Shown piece after piece: positions 58,828-64,000 of a stretch of DNA of 64,000 nt. The DNA comes from Rhodosorus marinus CCMP1338 (Eukaryota; Plantae; Rhodophyta). A program made the position numbers and the translations under genes. Where the stretch lies: contig JAMWBK010000005.1 in the NCBI GenBank assembly GCA_029953675.1, forward strand, positions 2,294,001 through 2,358,000. The letters run 5' to 3'. Below the pieces are notes generated by a model that saw only the letters and a list, made by a program, of their open reading frames with translations, was not told the origin of the DNA and made no database searches. Positions within the stretch are counted from its first letter, which is position 1. Each line of letters opens with the position of its first letter.

Positions 58828-61124
58828 CTATGAGATTTCCTCCAGGTCGTCTTCATCCGAGGCGTCCCACTCCAGGTCCGCAGCGTCACTATTGGGGTTC
58901 AAGGTCTGTTGAGATTCGGATTTCGATACTTGGCTCACGGCGAGTGAAGGATCGGACGCGTTGTCAAACTGCTTGCTGGATCGCAGTTTGGATAGATCCT
59001 GATCTACGGTAGCTTCTACTGTGTCTTGCTCCTCATTTTCAGTCTCCCGCGGGTCAGGAGGGGTGACAAACCAAGGGAGTCGTCCTCGGATGAAGTCGTG
59101 AAGCACTTTTCGCGCAGTGGCATCGTGATTGGGCTCCCCTTTCGGAAGCAGTTTCCCAGTTTTCTTTGCCAGCTTCGTCAGAAAGTCGTCGGGGTCGCTC
59201 CAGTCTCTGATTCCGTACGTCGCCGTAATGTACTTGTCTTCGACCCTTTTCAGAACCGCAGGTACAAAAACTGGGCTGGTGTCCTTCAAACTCTCTACCC
59301 TAACAACGCCCTGTTGGAAGCATCAATCGTGCGCAAGCAAGGAAAAGGAGCAAAGGCCTTTCGCTTGAGAAAACCAACCTTCGTATGCAGGTCAGCTTGA
59401 AGGACAGGGCACACACCTTCAGGACTGAATCGCTCTCGGAATTGGAGTGGCTTTCATGCACTATTCCAGGACAGTCAACAAGAAACACGTTCTTGAAGAG
59501 AGTGATATACTGCCAAACCTTTGTCTCTCCTGGGACAGGCGCAACATTCACAACCTGGAAAGGTTTAAGAGTTTTCAGCACCCGTAAGCACCACAACCGC
59601 AGACCCAACCAAGCAATCAGCTCGAACCAAACACGTATCACAGACTCTGCGTACCTTTTCGCCTTTCAGCATGTTAATAACAGAGCTTTTCCCGACATTT
59701 GGGTATCCAATGAGGCCGCAACTGATCGACTTCTTGTCATCGTGAAGTCGCTTGTACTGTCGCAGCAAGGTTATGAGTGCCCCTTTCCCAAATGAGTTCT
59801 TGACAGACGCATGCAATGCAACCGTAGGGTAGTCCTTCGAAAGAACCTTCAACCACCGCGCGGTCACCCACGTTGGGACGAGGTCACACTTGTTGAGAAT
59901 GAACACTAAATGCTTGTGGGCGGCTTCCTTCTTGAGATGAGATTCCAACCATTCGCATCTCGTCCCTATATATTACATAGAGGTGACAGTTGTTCTCAGT
60001 ATCGCAAAGGCTTAGCGAACTCCTCTGCTGACACCCAACACAAAGAGAAGAATTCGTACCCGCCGGGTCTCGCGCATCTAGAACTTGTAGCAGCACGTCG
60101 CTCGAGTCCACAACTTTGTGGAGCTCACCCCAAATTCTTCGGCTCTGGCCCTTGTCAAAGCATCTGTCCCTATCCTCATCTCGTTCGACATGATCTTTCA
60201 GTCGGGTGTCTTAAGATTGCACATACGAGAAAAGTTGTCGAGCGTCAGCAATAGAAAAGCTGACTCAACATCACAGGAGAAAGAGGAGGTGATTATACCT
60301 GCCGTAGAGGTCTCGAAGTGTTGGCCTCTCTCATCTGCAGTCCTAGCTAGCTCGCCCAGGTCCCCATTTCCCAGTTTCGGCCGTTTCCTCCACCTGTCGC
60401 AGGAAGAACGTTCGAGCCGGTTCAGAATTCATGGTAGGATTTGGGGCCGGACGTGCTTCCAAAAAGAAAACACGGCGTGAAAGACGGTGACCTCTTCGCT
60501 ACAGTAAACCCACTTTTTCTTCGAAAAGGTGTCCTCAAATGTCTCCGTCTCCAGCAGCTGCAGGCGTGCTCCGTCCCGATTTTTATCTGTCTCGGCAACG
60601 AGGCCCATAGGTAGCTTTCTTCTCTTAAGCAGTACGGAGTACGGGTCGTGGCTAACTTTCGCGACTGCGTCGCGGAACTCGGATAGCTCTTGTTGTTTGA
60701 CCACCCTAGTATTCCCAAACCAGCGCCTATTCGGGGCGATTCTTCCAGCTCCAACCTACAGGGTGATTCTTAGCGTGCTCAGCGAGTGGTGCTCTTAACC
60801 CGCTGAAAGATGCTACATACCTCTGGTGTTCTACTCGTTAAATCCCCGGCGCCTTCAATAATTTTTCCTTTCCTGTCCCTCCTTCAGATGCAAAAGACGG
60901 CAAGGCAAACATGAAATAGTCAGTGCTTGGAGCAAAACTGTCATCTGGCCAATGGAGACGTGCAGCACTTACTTGTGCGCCTTCGTTTTGTACATTTGAA
61001 TCCTGTTCACAGTGGAACGAGTTCGTCCAGTTCCTTGGATCTTGTTTCCCCTGTTTGCATCCGTAGAGCTACTGGGAATTTTTCCCCCGACTCCGGGCGC
61101 AACCTTCACGTGCAACTTCGGCAT
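58828..61124 (-). CDS. NOG2: Nucleolar circularly permuted GTPase NOG2 (60S biogenesis), multi-exon
   Basis: RIQMYK N-terminal motif, [63 protein letters not shown]. Confidence 0.95.
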
Positions 61125-62001
61125 TTTGGCTTTACAGTGACGCTCTCTTCACTAGAAAAAAGAAAAAGCAGAAGAAGCGCTATAGAACTCTCTCCCGCGT
61201 CAAACCTTTTGTGAGCTTCTACACCACAACTTCACCGAAACACCAAGAATATGCCAACTCAAACCCCGAACAAGGCCCAACTACTGTCCTTGCAAGCCAA
61301 ATTCTTGACGCCTGCCTGGCTTTTCCCCGTCCAGGACCTAGCTCACCTCCAATCTTTTCCAGCACCAACCAAAAACCTGGGTTGAACAGGCCATTCCCAA
61401 AGCAAGCGCGTATCGCCCCTGACTGACTCCGATTCCAATAACTCGCGAATGTCAACCCAGTCGCGACTTCCAATAAAGCCAACTGACTGCGCTTTTTATG
61501 GCTCCGACGGATGGCTGAGACCCGTGGCAGTCATTAAATGGATGAAAGAATCCAACGAGCATAATAATTGGACAAATTAATCGTCCGGGGACACGTGCTT
61601 TCAAATAATTGCATACAACAGAATATACAGTGGGCGAGCAGAACACACATATCGATAACATATCTGTGAAACTATTTATCTTCGACTTCGCAAATGTGTC
61701 CAATTAATGCAGAATATTTGTTATATTGCAACACGTGCTTTGAGACAATTGGATACTACGGGAACATAAGGACTTCAAAGATACTTAGAATGGAAGCTAT
61801 CGCACTTATTGTAGATATCTTTCGTTTCTATGTCGAGATATCTTTGCATGGAGAAAAGTAGCTCTTGGGGATTGCATTGTCTCATCGAAGCCGGGCTCCT
61901 AAATGCGGCGTTGGTAGGTGGATGAACGACAACCAGAAGAAGCACCTTCACTAGAAGTTTGATGATCGGACGATTTTAGTAGTATCTGCTTAGTATCTAC
62001 G

Positions 62002-62987
62002 ATGTCAGACCGTGAGATGGTGAGACGTTGACTTCTATTTAGGAAAACAAAAGAGTGCGCGCTGAAGCGGATCATCTTCTTTCGTGGTTTTGTGTGGACC
62101 CATAGGAAGACGATGATGAGCATGACAGAGCCAATCGGAGGGGTAGAGGGCAAAAGGATGCCGCTATGGATACGGAGAGGTACCAGGGTCAAGGTATTAC
62201 ACTACTCCAACCCCGCCGTTCAGCTGAACGGTTTGCTCTTATTTGGATCTGAAGCATACTGCGATTCGCGTCGGAATATGGAATAGGAGGTGTATTCGAT
62301 CGACTTGGAGACAAAGAATCCGGAACTGGACCGGCGAAATGTAAGTTTGCGCGCTTCATAATCCGAAGCTTTCTGGTAAGCTCCTGACATCCCTTGTTTC
62401 CCCATAATTTTGTTTCGACCGCTCCAGCTGTCGAAGGATATGTGATCTTCATCACAAATGTCCACGAGGAAGCAGCTGAGGAGGACATTTACGACGTCTT
62501 CGCGGTACGTTGTCAAGAAAAGGGGAGAATTCTAGCTGCGGAGCGTCTCTAAACTACTCCTCCTACTAACTTTGCAGGAGTACGGGGACATCAAAAACGT
62601 GCATCTTAACTTGGACCGGAGAACTGGTCTTGTAAAAGGCTACTGCCTAATTGAGTACGAAGGGTACAAAGAAGCACAACAGGCAATCGAGAAAATGAAC
62701 GGTAAGCTTTCGCAAACATTGAGCCGATGTGCATGCTCGCAAAGATCTTAAGCCAACCGAGTCTCCCAACGTTCGGGTTTGCCTGGTGCTTCAGGTGCTG
62801 ACTTTCATGGGAAGAACTTGGCTGTGTCATGGGCCTTTAGCAAAGGTCCTGTTTTGGGTATGCGCATTTGCACCGCTCTCATCAGAATGACTACGAGTGC
62901 CTAGCCCGTTTTGATGTTGATGTCTTTTGATCCTACAACTCTGCAGGGAGAGCTGCGACACGAAGAAGAACTGCTGCGAGTCGATAA
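62002..62987 (+). CDS. RBM8A: Exon-junction complex RRM protein Y14/RBM8A, multi-exon
   Basis: Spliced reading [57 protein letters not shown]...AVSWAF. Confidence 0.92.
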
Positions 62988-63507
62988 TCAGAAGATCGGT
63001 GTATTTGATAGTCTTTTCCCTTTTCACCGGGACTTCATCCCAGAATTCCAATACGCCAAGCAGGTCTCGAGCGCTTGGAGGTTCTTCTCGGCCCGTATCC
63101 ATTTCGATTCTATTAACAGATGCACTGTGTAGGTTTCAACAACACGATCGCACTCCCTTCCGAATGCATGCGATCATTGAGTTCGTAAAATATGAACTGC
63201 TACGGTCGAGGACGAATGAACCAACTACTCCGTTTTCAGTAAATAGGTTTTGGTCTTCGCTCCCATTCGGTTGCGATGATAATCGTCTGGAATCCTCAAT
63301 AGACACAACTGATGACTAGATCGTCTCTCTTCACTGCTTCGGGGGCCTTCCAATTGAGGTGAGGACGAGAAAGGGGCGGTCAGGTTCCCATTCTACTTGC
63401 TCAGTACATCGGATGCGCAGCCTCAACAGGTCGGAAGTAGGCCTGAGGAAGGCTCGCCTATAAGCAGCTCCTCTTGACATCCACCTCTGCGGATTTTTAG
63501 TCAGCTG

Positions 63508-64000
63508 CTACGCTTCCATTTCATCGTCCGAATGCTCGTTCTCATCGACCCAGATTTTAACAGTCTTGTCCCTCTCCAGAGCGCCCGAGGCAAGTATCTA
63601 GTCAGAAGAGAATCCAATACATCGTCGTGAGCCAAACGAAACATTATCAATCAACATGTGAGACACCCAAGCAATTATTGCTAGAGGACGAAATTTACAC
63701 GTACATTGTTAAACGGGTGTGCCGCAACCGTCAGCACGACGTCAGTGTGTCCTCGCAATTTCTGTACAACCTGTCTGGATTGAATATCCCAAATGTAGAG
63801 GTTGTTGTCCTCTGAACCACTAGCAATATACTTGTCCTTTCCAGTGACGATGAACGTCGAGAACATGCAAAACCTGAAAGGAACAATCCAGGAACGCAAA
63901 ATAAATAAACCATTCCAAAGAGAGCCGGGCTGCACCAACATACAGGGTGGAAACCGCCCCGTGACCAAATGCATCGACGACGCAAAAATCAACTACGTAA
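63508..64000 (-). CDS. WDR5: WDR5/SWD3-like WD40 protein (3' part; begins beyond the window)
   Basis: KYIASGSEDNNLYIWDIQSRQVVQKLRGHTDVVLTVAAHP, then after an intron ILASGALERDKTVKIW...*, which matches the WDR5 C-terminus. Confidence 0.85.

Noticed and set aside
61219-61482. 87-aa minus ORF upstream of NOG2
   Set aside because: No recognisable domain; likely 5' UTR or intergenic sequence.

Overview
Eukaryotic nuclear DNA with compact genes and many short GT-AG introns. It most likely comes from a red alga: this is inferred from several nucleus-encoded plastid proteins that start with short Phe-motif transit peptides (MAF, MDVGF, MDTGF, MGLGF, MEGF, MAAF) and lack a leading signal peptide. Recognisable genes, in order: dapF (partial), an ECF-A/ABCI-type ATPase, NDUFA13/GRIM-19, enoyl-CoA hydratase, fumarylacetoacetase, a FIST-domain protein, a C2H2 zinc-finger protein, TMEM230-like, a small plastid membrane protein, an AlaX trans-editing factor, an S1A serine protease with a long C-terminal extension, an intronless 1208-aa secreted protein (carbohydrate-binding-like domains, PQQ-type sugar dehydrogenase propeller, Kelch propeller), a CLC channel, ARMC1-like, a PsbP-domain protein, a second plastid membrane protein, NOG2, Y14/RBM8A and WDR5 (partial). 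There are four tRNA genes: Pro-AGG, two identical Phe-GAA and Leu-TAG. Two accessory zones stand out. The first is a transposon nest at ~14.5-21.8 kb, with restriction-like-endonuclease non-LTR retrotransposon remnants, a reduced Ty1/copia element carrying only RNase H, putative DNA-transposon ends and palindrome clusters. The second is a ~10 kb gene desert at 31.5-41.6 kb with pseudogene fragments. The best novelty candidate is the secreted sugar-dehydrogenase/Kelch protein. Exon boundaries were read by eye and no database searches were run.
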